64,000 nt of DNA from Candidatus Latescibacterota bacterium (GCA_965206595.1 OZ242214.1:2880001-2944000); one strand, 5' to 3'. Shown: positions 1-10,129, counted from the stretch's first letter. Notes: generated from the sequence alone by a model not told the origin. Numbers and translations are program-made.

Positions 1-266
1 ACCAGGTTCTGCAGATCGGCTGCGCCTTGCTTGACGATCTCGGCGCCGCTGACCACGTCCACGGGCACGGCCGAATCGACGACGGAACGCGGTTTGGCCC
101 GGGAACCGATGACCACCAGTTCTTCGAGGACGATCACCTCGTCAAGGACGGATGTCGTATCCGTGCTTTCGGAGTGCGGCGTTTCCTGCGACGCGGCCGG
201 TCCATGCGCAACGAGCAGGGCGGCGATGCCGAGTACGAGAGAGAAAAAACGATAGTTGTGTTGCAC
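1..266 (-). CDS. TonB-dependent receptor, N-terminal part (runs off window)
   Basis: Own translation from GTG at 266 (GGAGG RBS upstream): signal peptide MQHNYRFFSLVLGIAALLVAHGPAA, then LEELVVIGSR...SAVPVDVVSGAEI, a TonB-box/plug start. Confidence 0.8.
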   Translation of the reverse strand, partial: MQHNYRFFSLVLGIAALLVAHGPAASQETPHSESTDTTSVLDEVIVLEELVVIGSRAKPRSVVDSAVPVDVVSGAEIVKQGAADLQNL

Positions 267-374
267 TGTAGCCTCCTGCGGCAAGGGTGTGAAGGCGGGT
301 TTCTACACACCTGCCAACAAAGTAATTCAGGTGCGTCGCATATTTTGCCCTTTCAGTCTTTCTGCATAGGGCAT

Positions 375-560
375 AGGTATACACAAATTCAGGATCTACA
401 TCGACACCGTGATCCCACTCAATTGTGTCGAAGGAGACACGGGCACTCTTGAACTTCTCGTAGTCAGCAATTTTTGTGACTGACAGAAACATGGCTGAAT
501 CCTGAAGGGCTCCTCACCATTCATCACGAGATCCCAATTGGCCATCATGCTTCGATGGAC
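375..560 (-). pseudogene. Remnant of DUF4160/DUF2442-like toxin-antitoxin pair
   Basis: Fragments MMANWDLVMNGEEPFRIQP (DUF4160-like C-terminus) and MFLSVTKI/DYEKFKSARVSFDTIEWDHGVDVDPEFVY (DUF2442-like, middle missing). Confidence 0.55.
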
Positions 561-886
561 GCCCGTTTTGTTGAACAGGAGCACATCGCCAGGCTCGAAA
601 TCCTCTTCGACCTGGTGATTCTCGAGTATCTCGACCATGGTCGGTGAATTGAGCATCCCCGTACGCATGGAAGTACTCGGGTATGCCCGTCCTGACCCCG
701 GCTCGCTCCTTGGCCTCCAGTGTCGAGACAACCGCAGGCACTCATTTCGACTTCGACGCGATCAAGCAGCGTGTCGACCACGTTGGCGGTGAAGAACCCT
801 TCCAGTCCGACGAAGCCGTCGCGCTGGAATTTCTCCTTGTGCTCGCCGTTGACAAGGAACTCGTTGTCGAAGGGATAACTGCTCAT
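560..886 (-). pseudogene. Degraded phytanoyl-CoA dioxygenase-like gene
   Basis: KEKFQRDGFVGLEGFF N-terminus in one frame and FEPGDVLLFNKTGVHRS C-terminal motif in another; internal deletion/frameshifts. Confidence 0.55.
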
Positions 887-986
887 AGCTCATTTCTTCG
901 TCAGCGGCCTGCTGCTGGCGCTGTCGCCGATTCTCTATTTCGCGGGTTCGCAGGCTGCGGGGGGTCGCAGCCCGGACCGCTGCAAC

Positions 987-1556
987 TCACTTCCCCGGGG
1001 GAAACACCTCCGGGTTGCGCTGCCGGAAAAGCTCCAACCAGTAGAACCCGGCGACGACGAGGGCGTGGTCGATGTCGCCGTTGCGGATCAGGCTTTCGAT
1101 CTCTCCCAGGTCCACCTCCTCGACGGCGATCTCCTCGGCGGCGTCGAGCCGGGGCTCCCGCTGGCGCCGCACGTCCAAGGCGAGGAAGGTGTGCATGTGG
1201 TTGTCCTGGATCGCCGGGTTGGCGGCCACCCTGCCGATGGGGATGAGCTCGGCGGCGGTGTACCCGGTCTCCTCGAGCAGCTCCCGGCGCGCGGTTTCCT
1301 CGTGCGTCTCCCCCGCGTCGACCACGCCGCCCGGGATCTCCAGGCTGATCTCCCCGGTCCCGTGCCGGTACTGCCTGATGACGACCACCTTCCCCTGCGG
1401 GGTGACGGGGATGACGTTCACCCAGTCCGGCATGCCCAGGACGTAGAATTCGTGAAGGGCCCCGGTGCGCGGGGACCGGCGCCGCTCCCGGCGGAGCTTG
1501 AAGACGCGGAAATCCCCGAGGTCCTCGCTGTTGGCCGTCGGCCAGTGCCCGGTCAT
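987..1556 (-). CDS. NUDIX hydrolase (ADP-ribose pyrophosphatase-like)
   Basis: Nudix box GGVVDAGETHEETARRELLEETGY; QYRHG...LEIPGG. Confidence 0.9.
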   Translation of the reverse strand: MTGHWPTANSEDLGDFRVFKLRRERRRSPRTGALHEFYVLGMPDWVNVIPVTPQGKVVVIRQYRHGTGEISLEIPGGVVDAGETHEETARRELLEETGYTAAELIPIGRVAANPAIQDNHMHTFLALDVRRQREPRLDAAEEIAVEEVDLGEIESLIRNGDIDHALVVAGFYWLELFRQRNPEVFPPGK

Positions 1557-1565
1557 CGGATCGGC

Positions 1566-2984
1566 TCAGATCTCGAGGGCCTCGCGCAGCTGGCGCAGCG
1601 CCGCTTCCGGGGTCGTCGACACGTCGACGGCGATCGCTTCGGCAGGGATCTCGAGGGTCTCGAACTGGCTGCGCAGCAGGTTCCGCGGCATGTAGCGGTG
1701 CACGCGGACCGCCAGGCGGGCGGCGATCACCTCTTCGGCGGCGTGCAAGTGGGCGAAGCGGACTTCGCTGCGGCCCGCGGCGAGGAGGTCGCGGTAGTGC
1801 CGCTTCAGGGCCGAGCAAGCGAGGATGCAGCTCTCGCCGCGGCCGATCCGTTCCCCGAGCATGGCGGCGAGGTGCTCGAGCCAGGGCCGCCGGTCGTCGT
1901 CGTCGAGCGGCACCCCGGAGGCCATCTTGGCGACGTTCGCCTCCGGGTGGAAGTCGTCGCCGTCGAGGAACGGCCACCCGAGCTCGACGGCCAACAGCTC
2001 CCCTATCGTCGTCTTGCCGCTTCCGGTGACTCCCATCAGCACGAGCGCCACCGGGGGCTCCGGCGCCTGCAATACCCTGCGGTAGAACAGCTGCAGTACC
2101 CGCTGTCCGGCGGCCGACACCGCGCACTCCACCGGGAAGCCTGCCCCACTTTCAAGGCCGCAGGCTACCCTGCCTCGCGCCTCCGCGGCCGTGTCGACGT
2201 CGATCCGGTGGACGGCGGTCTCGCAGAGAGAGCTGTCGATGACGAAAGCGACGGCGAGCAGGTCGTGGAGGTGGATGACCGACCTTCCCTGGGTCTGTTC
2301 CATGCGAGCCATGCCGGTGCGCGCCGCCGCCTCGCAGAAAACCGCGGCCGGCGTGGGATCGGCGCTCAGCCGCCGCTGCAGGGCGGCGCGCGACAGCTCG
2401 ATCTGGTGGGTGGCGTCAAGCGGCACCAGGGTCACCTCGGCGCCGGAGCGTACGACCGCTTCCGCCGCCTCCGGGTCGGCGTAGAAGTTGAACTCGGCGC
2501 CGGCGGTGACGTTTCCCGGCTCCGCGAGGGCCCCGCCCATGACGACGATCCTTCCGGCGCGCTTCAGCAGGCCCGGCTCGCGGGCCTCGGCGAGGGCGAG
2601 ATTGGTCAGGGGGGCCACCGCGATCACGGTGATCCCGGGCTCCTCCCGCAGGCGGCGCACCAGGTAGTCTACCGCGTCCCCGGAGGCTTGGCCGGAAGGG
2701 GACGGCAGCTCGGCCTCGCCGAGACCGGTGGCGCCGTGAAAGTGGGTGGCGCGCAGGGGCCGGCGGCGCAGGGGCCGCGCCGCGCCCGCGTACACCGGGA
2801 CGTCGCCGCGGCCGGCGAGCTCGGTGATCCTGAGGGCGTTGGCTACCCCGGTGGAAAGCGGCACGTTGCCGCTGGCCACGGTGATCCCCCTGACCTCGAG
2901 CTCGGGCGAGGCGAGGGCGAGCAGGATGGCCATGGCGTCGTCGACGCCGGGATCGACGTCGAGTATGACTGCTTCGGGTGGCAT
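1566..2984 (-). CDS. Inosine/uridine-preferring nucleoside hydrolase fused to C-terminal gluconokinase (GntK-like)
   Basis: DVDPGVDDAMA, AEFNFYADPEAA and HLHDLLA motifs; C-terminal MGVTGSGKTT P-loop, DGDDFHPEANVAKMASGVPLDDDDRRPWL, ACSALKRHYR, SQFETLE. Confidence 0.85.
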   Translation of the reverse strand: MPPEAVILDVDPGVDDAMAILLALASPELEVRGITVASGNVPLSTGVANALRITELAGRGDVPVYAGAARPLRRRPLRATHFHGATGLGEAELPSPSGQASGDAVDYLVRRLREEPGITVIAVAPLTNLALAEAREPGLLKRAGRIVVMGGALAEPGNVTAGAEFNFYADPEAAEAVVRSGAEVTLVPLDATHQIELSRAALQRRLSADPTPAAVFCEAAARTGMARMEQTQGRSVIHLHDLLAVAFVIDSSLCETAVHRIDVDTAAEARGRVACGLESGAGFPVECAVSAAGQRVLQLFYRRVLQAPEPPVALVLMGVTGSGKTTIGELLAVELGWPFLDGDDFHPEANVAKMASGVPLDDDDRRPWLEHLAAMLGERIGRGESCILACSALKRHYRDLLAAGRSEVRFAHLHAAEEVIAARLAVRVHRYMPRNLLRSQFETLEIPAEAIAVDVSTTPEAALRQLREALEI

Positions 2985-3312
2985 TGTGGCGAGGCCTTTA
3001 TGAGCTTGCGGAAACCCTTCGCCGCTGTCCCGGACAGCGGCCCTGAAAGTCGGTTGGTGAAGATCTGCGAAGTACCGGAATCGGGGCGAACCGGAGCGAT
3101 TGGGCCCTCGGCGAGACGCGAAAACCCTCCGCGAGGACGGTCCGTCCGCCCCACCCTGCACATGGATCCGCGTCCGGGGGAATCCTATCCAGCACCCGGG
3201 CGAGGGTCAAGCGCCTTCCCCCTGCCGCGGCGACCTGGCGCCTGCGAGCGCAATTCCGCGTGAATTCGACCCCCGTTGCCTTCGCTCGCCGTACACCCCC
3301 GGTATAGCTCGC

Positions 3313-4560
3313 TCAGGCGCCTTGCGAGCCAGACGCATCGGCGCCCTCGTTCGTTCGCCCGCTAACGGGGGCTGGCACCAGGGTCTCGGGAACCCACACC
3401 AGCAGGATCGCGGCGGCCGCGACCCCGACCCCGGAGACGGCGACCGGGGCCGCGGTCAGACCGAGGAGGTCGGCGACCGGGCCGACGACGAGGGGGCTGC
3501 CGGCGTTGCCGGCGTCGCCGATGAAGCGCCAGACACCGAGGAACTCCGCCCGCGCATCCCCGGGAGCGAGGTCGGAGCCGAGGGTCAGCATGGTACCCGA
3601 GCCGATGCCGTTGCCGAAGCCGATCAGGATCGCCACCGCGGCGAGGCCGGCGAAGCTGCCGGTCAGGGGAATCGCCGCGATGCCCACGGCCTGCACGAGA
3701 AAGCTCGGAACCGAGGCGAACTTGCGGCCGAAGCGGTCCATAAGCAGACCTGCGGGATAGAACATCAGCATGTCGACGCTGTACGACAGGCTGGTGACCA
3801 CGCCGATGTCCGCGGCCCCCAGGCCGAGCTGATCGGCTCCGTACAGGGGGATCAGGACGTTGCGGGCCGAGCGGACCAGCGACACGCAGAGATGGGCGGC
3901 GCAGGCCGGCACGATGGCGTGGTGCTCCCGGATCATGCGCACCAGGACGCCCCTGCGGCGTCCGCCCGCCCCGGGACCGGAGGGCTCCGGCCCGTCTCCG
4001 GGGATCCACCGGGCCGCGGCCAGCAGCGCCAGTAAGGTGAGCCCGGCGCAGGCGAGGAAGGGGACGCGCAGGCCGAAGGCGGCGGCGAGGAACCCCCCCG
4101 CCGCAGGCGTGAAGAAGGAGGTAACCCGGTTGATCCCGCCCATGACGGCGCTGGCGCGCCCGCGGCGGTCGCTGCGGATCGCCTCGGCGAGGAACGAGTG
4201 GCGGGAGATGTTCCACATCGCCGTGCCGATGCCGCCGGCGAACTGCACCGCCACCGCCTCGAAGACCGATTGCACCCACCACAGGCCCAGCAGCGACAGC
4301 GAGACCACGAGGCCGCCGGCGAGCATGACCCGCTTGCGCCCCAGGCGCCGGATCAGCACCCCGACGGGAAGGTCGGCGGCGAGGTTGCCGCCGGCGCCGG
4401 CCGCCAGGATCAGGCCGACGGTGGCGTAGGAATCGGAGAACTCCCCGGCGAACAGCGGCAGGATCGGCAGCAGCAGGCCCCGCGCCAGGCCGTTGATGAC
4501 CGTGGGGGCGTAGAGGGCCAGCAGCAGCGAGCCGCGCGCCGGGGTACGGCTCTCCGTCAT
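3313..4560 (-). CDS. MFS transporter
   Basis: ~12 hydrophobic segments; GVLIRRLGRKR and GLLMDRFGRK MFS loop motifs. Confidence 0.9.
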   Translation of the reverse strand: MTESRTPARGSLLLALYAPTVINGLARGLLLPILPLFAGEFSDSYATVGLILAAGAGGNLAADLPVGVLIRRLGRKRVMLAGGLVVSLSLLGLWWVQSVFEAVAVQFAGGIGTAMWNISRHSFLAEAIRSDRRGRASAVMGGINRVTSFFTPAAGGFLAAAFGLRVPFLACAGLTLLALLAAARWIPGDGPEPSGPGAGGRRRGVLVRMIREHHAIVPACAAHLCVSLVRSARNVLIPLYGADQLGLGAADIGVVTSLSYSVDMLMFYPAGLLMDRFGRKFASVPSFLVQAVGIAAIPLTGSFAGLAAVAILIGFGNGIGSGTMLTLGSDLAPGDARAEFLGVWRFIGDAGNAGSPLVVGPVADLLGLTAAPVAVSGVGVAAAAILLVWVPETLVPAPVSGRTNEGADASGSQGA

Positions 4561-4606
4561 CGATCGCGGATCGCCGCGGGCACGGGTATGCGGCGCCGGC
4601 CCCGGC

Positions 4607-4999
4607 TCAAGCCATCGGCTCGCGGCGTTCGCACAGCTGCAGGGCGAGTCCCCAGGGGTCGCGCAGCATCGCCATGCGGTCCCCGGAGGCGTTCTCCGAG
4701 ACCCCGCCGAGAGCGGTGGCCCCGGCCGCGGTCAGGCGCTCGTGGTCGGCGCGGGCGTCGTCGCTGGCGAAGGCGATGTGCAGCAGCAGCGGGTTCATCG
4801 ACCCGTAGTCGGGGACCTCGTCCGGCAGGGCGCGGTAGATCTCGAGCATCAGGCGGCCGCTGCCGTCGGCGAGGAACCGGGTGTCCGCGGGCGGATCCCC
4901 GGCGCGCACGACCTGCATGCCGAGATGCCGGCAGTACCATTCCGTCATGGCGACGGGATCCTCGACGTTGACGGCGAAGTGCTCGACGTGAAGTGCCAT
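4607..4999 (-). CDS. VOC/glyoxalase family protein
   Basis: EHFAVNV...LHIAF...MLRDPWGLALQL. Confidence 0.85.
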   Translation of the reverse strand: MALHVEHFAVNVEDPVAMTEWYCRHLGMQVVRAGDPPADTRFLADGSGRLMLEIYRALPDEVPDYGSMNPLLLHIAFASDDARADHERLTAAGATALGGVSENASGDRMAMLRDPWGLALQLCERREPMA

Positions 5000-5205
5000 G
5001 GAAAAGCTCCTTTGAAGCGAAACTTTAACTGCCCGTTGAAAAGCCCATCTGCTGCGGCCGGCCCCGGCGGTCGGGCCTGCAGGAGCAACTGTATCAACGG
5101 GCTGCTGTGCGTTGTCGGTGGAATGGGCAGGCGCTACGTTCTTTTCGATTGAATTCCGCGCACCCGCAGCGCGACCGAAAATATAGAAAACCCGCCCCCT
5201 GCCTC

Positions 5206-6252
5206 GTGAAGATCGCCCTACTGCTCTCGGGAGGAGTCGACAGCTCCGTCGCCCTGCGCCTGCTCGTGGAGGAGGGGAAGCACGAGTTGCGCGCCTGCTA
5301 CCTGAAGGTCTGGCTCGAGGACGATGCGGCGCTCGCCGGCGACTGCCCCTGGGAGGAGGACGTCCGCTACGCCCGCGCCGTCTGCGAGCAGCTCGGCGTG
5401 CCCCTGGAGATCGTGCCGCTCCAGGCGGAGTACCTCGAGCAGGTGGTCGGCCACGCCCTCGGCGAGCTCAGGGGCGGGCGCACCCCGAGCCCGGACATCC
5501 TCTGCAACCAGCGCATCAAGTTCGGGGCCTTCCTCGAGCGGGTGGGAGATTGCGACGCCGTCGCCTCCGGGCACTACGCGCGCCTCGGGCGGGAGAACGG
5601 CCGCGCCGTTCTGCTGCGCGCCGCCGACCCGGTCAAGGACCAGACCTACTTCCTGTCGAGCCTCGGCCAGCAGCAGCTGCAGCGCCTGCTCTTCCCGATC
5701 GGGCATCTCCTGAAAAAGGAGGTCCGCGATCTCGCCGCCGGTTTCGGACTGCCCACCAGGGACCGCAAGGACAGCCAGGGGATCTGCTTCCTCGGCAAGA
5801 TCGACTACCGCGAATTCATCGCCCGCCGCCTCGGAAAAAGGGAGGGAGCCATCGTCGAGAAGGGGAGCGGCCGCGAGCTCGGCAGGCACCGGGGATACTG
5901 GTTCTACACCATCGGCCAGCGCTTCGGCCTCGGCCTCGGCGGCGGCCCGTGGTACGTGGTCGCCAAGGACCTCGAGCGCAACGTCGTGTACGTCGCCCAC
6001 CGCGACGCCGCCGAAACCCGGCAGCGCCGGCAGTTCCGCGTCGACCGCGTCAACTGGATCTCGGGACCGCCGGAACGGACCGACCTGGAGTGCAAGCTGC
6101 GCCACGGCCCCGGGACGACCGGCTGCCGCATCGATCCGGAGGCCGACCCGGTGGCCGTGACCCTGCAGCGCCCCGACCCGGGTATCGCCAGCGGCCAGCA
6201 CGCCGTGTTCTACGACGGCGAGCGCTGCCTCGGCGGCGGGGTCATCACCTGA
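5206..6252 (+). CDS. mnmA: tRNA 2-thiouridine(34) synthase
   Basis: SGGVDSSV PP-loop, TPSPDILCN, GHYAR, KDQTYFL, DSQGICF, YTIGQR, GQHAVFY..CLGGGVI; GTG start inferred. Confidence 0.95.
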   Translation: MKIALLLSGGVDSSVALRLLVEEGKHELRACYLKVWLEDDAALAGDCPWEEDVRYARAVCEQLGVPLEIVPLQAEYLEQVVGHALGELRGGRTPSPDILCNQRIKFGAFLERVGDCDAVASGHYARLGRENGRAVLLRAADPVKDQTYFLSSLGQQQLQRLLFPIGHLLKKEVRDLAAGFGLPTRDRKDSQGICFLGKIDYREFIARRLGKREGAIVEKGSGRELGRHRGYWFYTIGQRFGLGLGGGPWYVVAKDLERNVVYVAHRDAAETRQRRQFRVDRVNWISGPPERTDLECKLRHGPGTTGCRIDPEADPVAVTLQRPDPGIASGQHAVFYDGERCLGGGVIT

Positions 6253-6261
6253 TGAAGACAC

Positions 6262-7044
6262 GTGACTGAGCCCCACCCCAGGCTCCTCGAGCTGCTCGAG
6301 GGGGCCTCCGACATCCTCGTCTTCACCGGCGCCGGGATCTCCACGGCGAGCGGCATCCCGGATTTCCGCGGCCCCCGGGGAATCTGGAAGACGCGCCGGC
6401 CCGTGTACTACCAGGACTTCATGACCTCGGAACGGGCGCGCATCGAGGCCTGGGAATTCAAGCTCGAGGGCTGGGAGCAGTTCCGCGACGCCAGGCCGAC
6501 CCCGACCCACGAGGCGATCGCCGGCCTCGAGCGCGCCGGCAAGCTGTTGATGGTGGTCACCCAGAACATCGACGGCCTCCACGGCAAGGCCGGCACCTCC
6601 CGCGACAAGCTGATCGAGATTCACGGGACCAACGCCGAAATCGAGTGCCAGACCTGCGGCGAGCGCTCCGATCCGGAGCCTCGCTTCGAATGCTTCAGGG
6701 CAACCGGCCGGCCGCCGGCCTGTCACTGCGGCGGCTTCCTGAAGTCGGCGACGATCAGCTTCGGTCAGGACCTGGTCGCAGCCGACCTCGAGCGCGCCGC
6801 GGAGATGGCGGCCAGGACCGACCTGGCAGTGGCCCTCGGATCGACCCTGGAGGTGTACCCGGCCGCTTCCATTCCCCTGATGGCCGCCGAGCGCGGGGCG
6901 CCCTACGTTATCGTCAATCGCGGCGAAACCGGGCACGACGCCCATCCCGGTGTCACCCTCCGGCTCGAGGGCAGCGTCGACGAACTGTTCGCGCCGGCAT
7001 GCCGCGCGGCGTGCATGACCGGCAGCAATTCGGGAAGTGAATGA
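6262..7044 (+). CDS. cobB: NAD-dependent protein deacylase (sirtuin)
   Basis: TGAGISTASGIPDFRG, TQNIDGLH, HG, Zn-binding Cys pairs, GSTLEVYPAA. Confidence 0.85.
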   Translation: MTEPHPRLLELLEGASDILVFTGAGISTASGIPDFRGPRGIWKTRRPVYYQDFMTSERARIEAWEFKLEGWEQFRDARPTPTHEAIAGLERAGKLLMVVTQNIDGLHGKAGTSRDKLIEIHGTNAEIECQTCGERSDPEPRFECFRATGRPPACHCGGFLKSATISFGQDLVAADLERAAEMAARTDLAVALGSTLEVYPAASIPLMAAERGAPYVIVNRGETGHDAHPGVTLRLEGSVDELFAPACRAACMTGSNSGSE

Positions 7045-7810
7045 GATGACGGAAGCAGGCCTCAAGTCGCTGTCGCAGGCCCAACTCGACCAGTTTCGCC
7101 GGAAGGGCTTCGTGGTGGTCGGCCCCCTGCTCGAGGAAGGGGAAGTTGTCGAGCTGAGGGAGGAGTACGACCGCCTGTTCGCCGAGGCCCGCGAGACCGA
7201 GAGGATGCGCAACCTCTCCAGCTCCGACGGGCAGGCGTCCACCGCCGCGGAGGAAGAGATGCTGCAGATCGTGCAGATGTGCGAGCGCAGCATCCTCTAC
7301 CGCCGGCTCCTGTACGACGACCGCCTCCTCGATCTGGCGGAAGACCTGATCGGCCCCAACCTGCAGCTGTTTCACGACCAGGCCCTGTACAAGCCTCCGC
7401 GCCACGGCGGCCCCATCCACTGGCACCAGGACAACGGCTACTGGCAGTGCGCGCCGGCGAACCTCGTCAGCTGCTGGCTGACCCTCGACGACGTCGACGT
7501 CCGCAACGGCGCCATGCACCTGATCCCCGGATCGCACCTGCGGCCGGAACGGCACGAGCCCCAGGAGGGGACGCCGCTGTTCGACCTCGGCGACCGGGTC
7601 GACGCGGAACGGGCCGAAGTGGTCGAGCTGCCCGCGGGAGGAGTGATGTTCCACCACTGCCAGACCCTCCACCACACCCCGCCCAACAACACCGACCGCG
7701 AGCGCCGGGCTTTCGCCATTCACTACATGAACCCGGGAACCCGCTCCCTCAGGGACGGGGAGCACATGCCGGTGAATTTCTCGCGGCCGCTGCTCAGGAT
7801 GCGCATGTAG
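7037..7810 (+). CDS. Phytanoyl-CoA dioxygenase family Fe(II)/2OG oxygenase
   Basis: WHQD iron motif, NGAMHLIPGSH, HHCQTLH, RRAFAIHY. Confidence 0.9.
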   Translation: MNEMTEAGLKSLSQAQLDQFRRKGFVVVGPLLEEGEVVELREEYDRLFAEARETERMRNLSSSDGQASTAAEEEMLQIVQMCERSILYRRLLYDDRLLDLAEDLIGPNLQLFHDQALYKPPRHGGPIHWHQDNGYWQCAPANLVSCWLTLDDVDVRNGAMHLIPGSHLRPERHEPQEGTPLFDLGDRVDAERAEVVELPAGGVMFHHCQTLHHTPPNNTDRERRAFAIHYMNPGTRSLRDGEHMPVNFSRPLLRMRM

Positions 7811-7820
7811 AAGGGGACGC

Positions 7821-8327
7821 ATGAAACAGTACCACTCCCGCATGGACTTCCTGACCGTGCTCGTCAACCTGCTGGCGGTCTTCGTCATCGACGCCGCGGC
7901 CCTGATCGCCTCGACGAAGGCGCTGGTGCGGGAATCCGGGCTGACTTCGTTCGGCCTCTTCCTCGGGGCGGTCTCGGCCCCGGTCGCCCTGCTGCTCTTC
8001 TTCTTCCCGGTGCGCTACTTCCTCGGGGATTCCCTTCTCGTAGTCCGCAGCGGCATCCTGCGCTGGCGCATCCCGGTCGAGAACATCCACCGCGCCGTGC
8101 GCCTGCGCAGCATCGCCCCTTCCCCGGCGCTCTCCCTGGACCGGATCCGCATCGACTACTCGAAGGGGAGCAGGGTCAAACGGATCTTCCTGTCGCCGGC
8201 CGACCGCACCGGGTTCCTCAACGACCTGGCCATGCTCGACCGCGGGCTCTCCCACGACCAGAACGGCCTCGTGAGGTTGGCGGGCAGGATCATGCCGCTC
8301 CAGGGCCGGCAACCGGGAGTCCGCTGA
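7821..8327 (+). CDS. Membrane protein with bacterial PH-like domain
   Basis: Two TM helices, then RSGILRWRIP...SPALSLDRIRIDY...ISP-like motif. Confidence 0.7.
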   Translation: MKQYHSRMDFLTVLVNLLAVFVIDAAALIASTKALVRESGLTSFGLFLGAVSAPVALLLFFFPVRYFLGDSLLVVRSGILRWRIPVENIHRAVRLRSIAPSPALSLDRIRIDYSKGSRVKRIFLSPADRTGFLNDLAMLDRGLSHDQNGLVRLAGRIMPLQGRQPGVR

Positions 8328-8387
8328 ACCCGGTTCAACTATCCCCCTGCCCACGGTCCCCTGGCAGAGCCCGTCCGCTTCAGCCGC

Positions 8388-9252
8388 CTACCCGGGCAGC
8401 TGTGCCCAGGCGGTTACATGGGGAGGCAGCAGCAGCGGGCGCTTGGCCGCCACCACTTCCTGACGCACCCGCTCGGCCAGGGTGTCGACGTCGATCTCCT
8501 CCGCGGTGGCGAGCCCGAACTCCACAATGAGGGGCTGCAGGCTGCGAAAGCCGTTGGCGATGTACGGGTACCCGGGCCACGACTCCGGACCGCCGACCGG
8601 AGACTCGAAATGCATGCAGGGCTCGGGCAGGCCCGCATCGACGAAGGTGCGGTAGAGTTCGAAGCCCATGCCGACGTGAGCCCCGGAACGCTCGAAAACC
8701 CCGAGGGCCCAGTCGATCAGCTTGTTGGCCAGGGGGGTATCGGGGCGATGCATCTGCCGGTAGAGGGTGAAGTCGACCTCCTGAAAGGCGACGATCCCCC
8801 CCGGGCGCACGCGGACGGCCAGCTGTTTCAGGGCCTCGGCCGGATCGGCCATGTACATCCGGATCGGCCATGTACATGAGGACGAGGCGGCCGATCAGCG
8901 CGTCGAAGTCGCTTCCGAGATCCAGGGTGCGGGCGTCCCCCGCTATGAACTCGACGTTGGCGAACCCGGCTTCCTGTGCCCTGGACCGCGCCGTGTCGAG
9001 AATCGCCGGGTTGACGTCGACGCCGACGACCGCGCCTTCCGGACCGACCAGTTCGGCGGCGGCCATGGCTACTTCCCCGGTGCCGCTGCCGATGTCGAGC
9101 ACCCTCATGCCGCTGGCCATGCCCGCGTCCCTGAGAAATCGCCGCGTCACCGCGTCGTACAGCTGCGACTGCTGAATCAGACGCTCCTCCTCCTCGCGGG
9201 TGCGTCCCATCGTATATCTCGCATCGCCTCTCGCGCTATTCGATTCCCTCAT
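8388..9252 (-). pseudogene. Class I SAM-dependent methyltransferase, frameshifted by a 19 bp tandem duplication
   Basis: VLDIGSGTG motif in ORF 8380-9252, continuation MYMADPAEALKQL in ORF 8388-8858; CCGGATCGGCCATGTACAT twice at 8840-8877. Confidence 0.85.
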
Positions 9253-9479
9253 CCGGCTCGATCCTCCTCTTTTGGGGTTTCAGGGTGTTCATGGGCGGGG
9301 TGCGGCCGCAGGCTGCCGGGCGAAAGGCCCGGCAGTAGTTGGACAACCCCGCAGCTCGTGGGATGTTCCGGTATTCTTACAACCCCCCGGCCCGGAGTCA
9401 ACGCCGCAGCTCCCCCGGAGGTAGGCATGATCCCGCCTCGACCACCTGTTCAACCCGACACCACCCAAGGAGACGATTC

Positions 9480-9989
9480 GTGACCAGCGCAAAGATCGAC
9501 AGCGTGACCGTCCATCTCGAAGACCCGGCATGGCTCAAGTGGGCGGTTCCCCTGTCCCTCCTGTCCTGGGCGGCCATCTCGGTCTACCAGTATGCAACGG
9601 GACAGCACCTGGTGCTGTGGCTGCTCACCACGGCCGTCTCCCTGTTGGGCATACTTCTCGGGGGACTGCGCCGTATGCGGTCGAACCAGGGCTTGTCCGA
9701 TGCCTATCTCCGCGTCGACGCGGAGGGGATCCGGATCAAGCGGCTTCTGTCCCGCGCCCGGCGCATCTCTTGGGAGCAGGTGCAGCGGGTGTGGCTGCGA
9801 GGCGCCGTCGTCGAGGTGGACCTGCGGGGAGGCCGGCGGGAGCGCTGCGCGCTGAACCCCCGGCTGCAGGCGGCCGAGCGCCTGCAGGAGCTGCGCGAAC
9901 TGCTCGGGCGCTACAGGGACCGCCACGAGTTCCTGCTGGCTGTAGATGATGGGGAGGCTGAGAGCGGAAGCGCCCGGCCGATGGGCTGA
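9480..9989 (+). CDS. Hypothetical two-TM membrane protein (PH-like C-terminal domain); island insertion site
   Basis: AGGAG RBS, GTG start, two TM helices; 3' end duplicated at 40328-40407. Confidence 0.7.
   Translation: MTSAKIDSVTVHLEDPAWLKWAVPLSLLSWAAISVYQYATGQHLVLWLLTTAVSLLGILLGGLRRMRSNQGLSDAYLRVDAEGIRIKRLLSRARRISWEQVQRVWLRGAVVEVDLRGGRRERCALNPRLQAAERLQELRELLGRYRDRHEFLLAVDDGEAESGSARPMG
9870..9949 (+). repeat. Left copy of ~80 bp imperfect direct repeat bounding the CRISPR island
   Basis: 69/80 identical to 40328-40407 by manual alignment. Confidence 0.8.
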
Positions 9990-10011
9990 TGGCGACCGGG
10001 CAGGGTTCGCC

Positions 10012-10128
10012 TATTCAATGAGGCCGGGGCAACGAAGCCCCGGAATAACGCACAATTGTGCTGGGGAAACGGCAACTTCCATCGCTTCAACGAGGTTCCG
10101 AGCAAAGGTGGGGTTGCGCATCGGAAAT
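10012..10128 (-). CRISPR. Mini-CRISPR / crRNA-like RNA (two degenerate I-G-type repeats, one 34 nt spacer)
   Basis: Minus strand: hairpin repeat ...TCGGAACCTCGTTGAAGC, spacer GATGGAAGTTGCCGTTTCCCCAGCACAATTGTGC, repeat GTTATTCCGGGGCTTCGTTGCCCCGGCCTCATTGAATA. Confidence 0.75.
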
Positions 10129-10129
10129 A

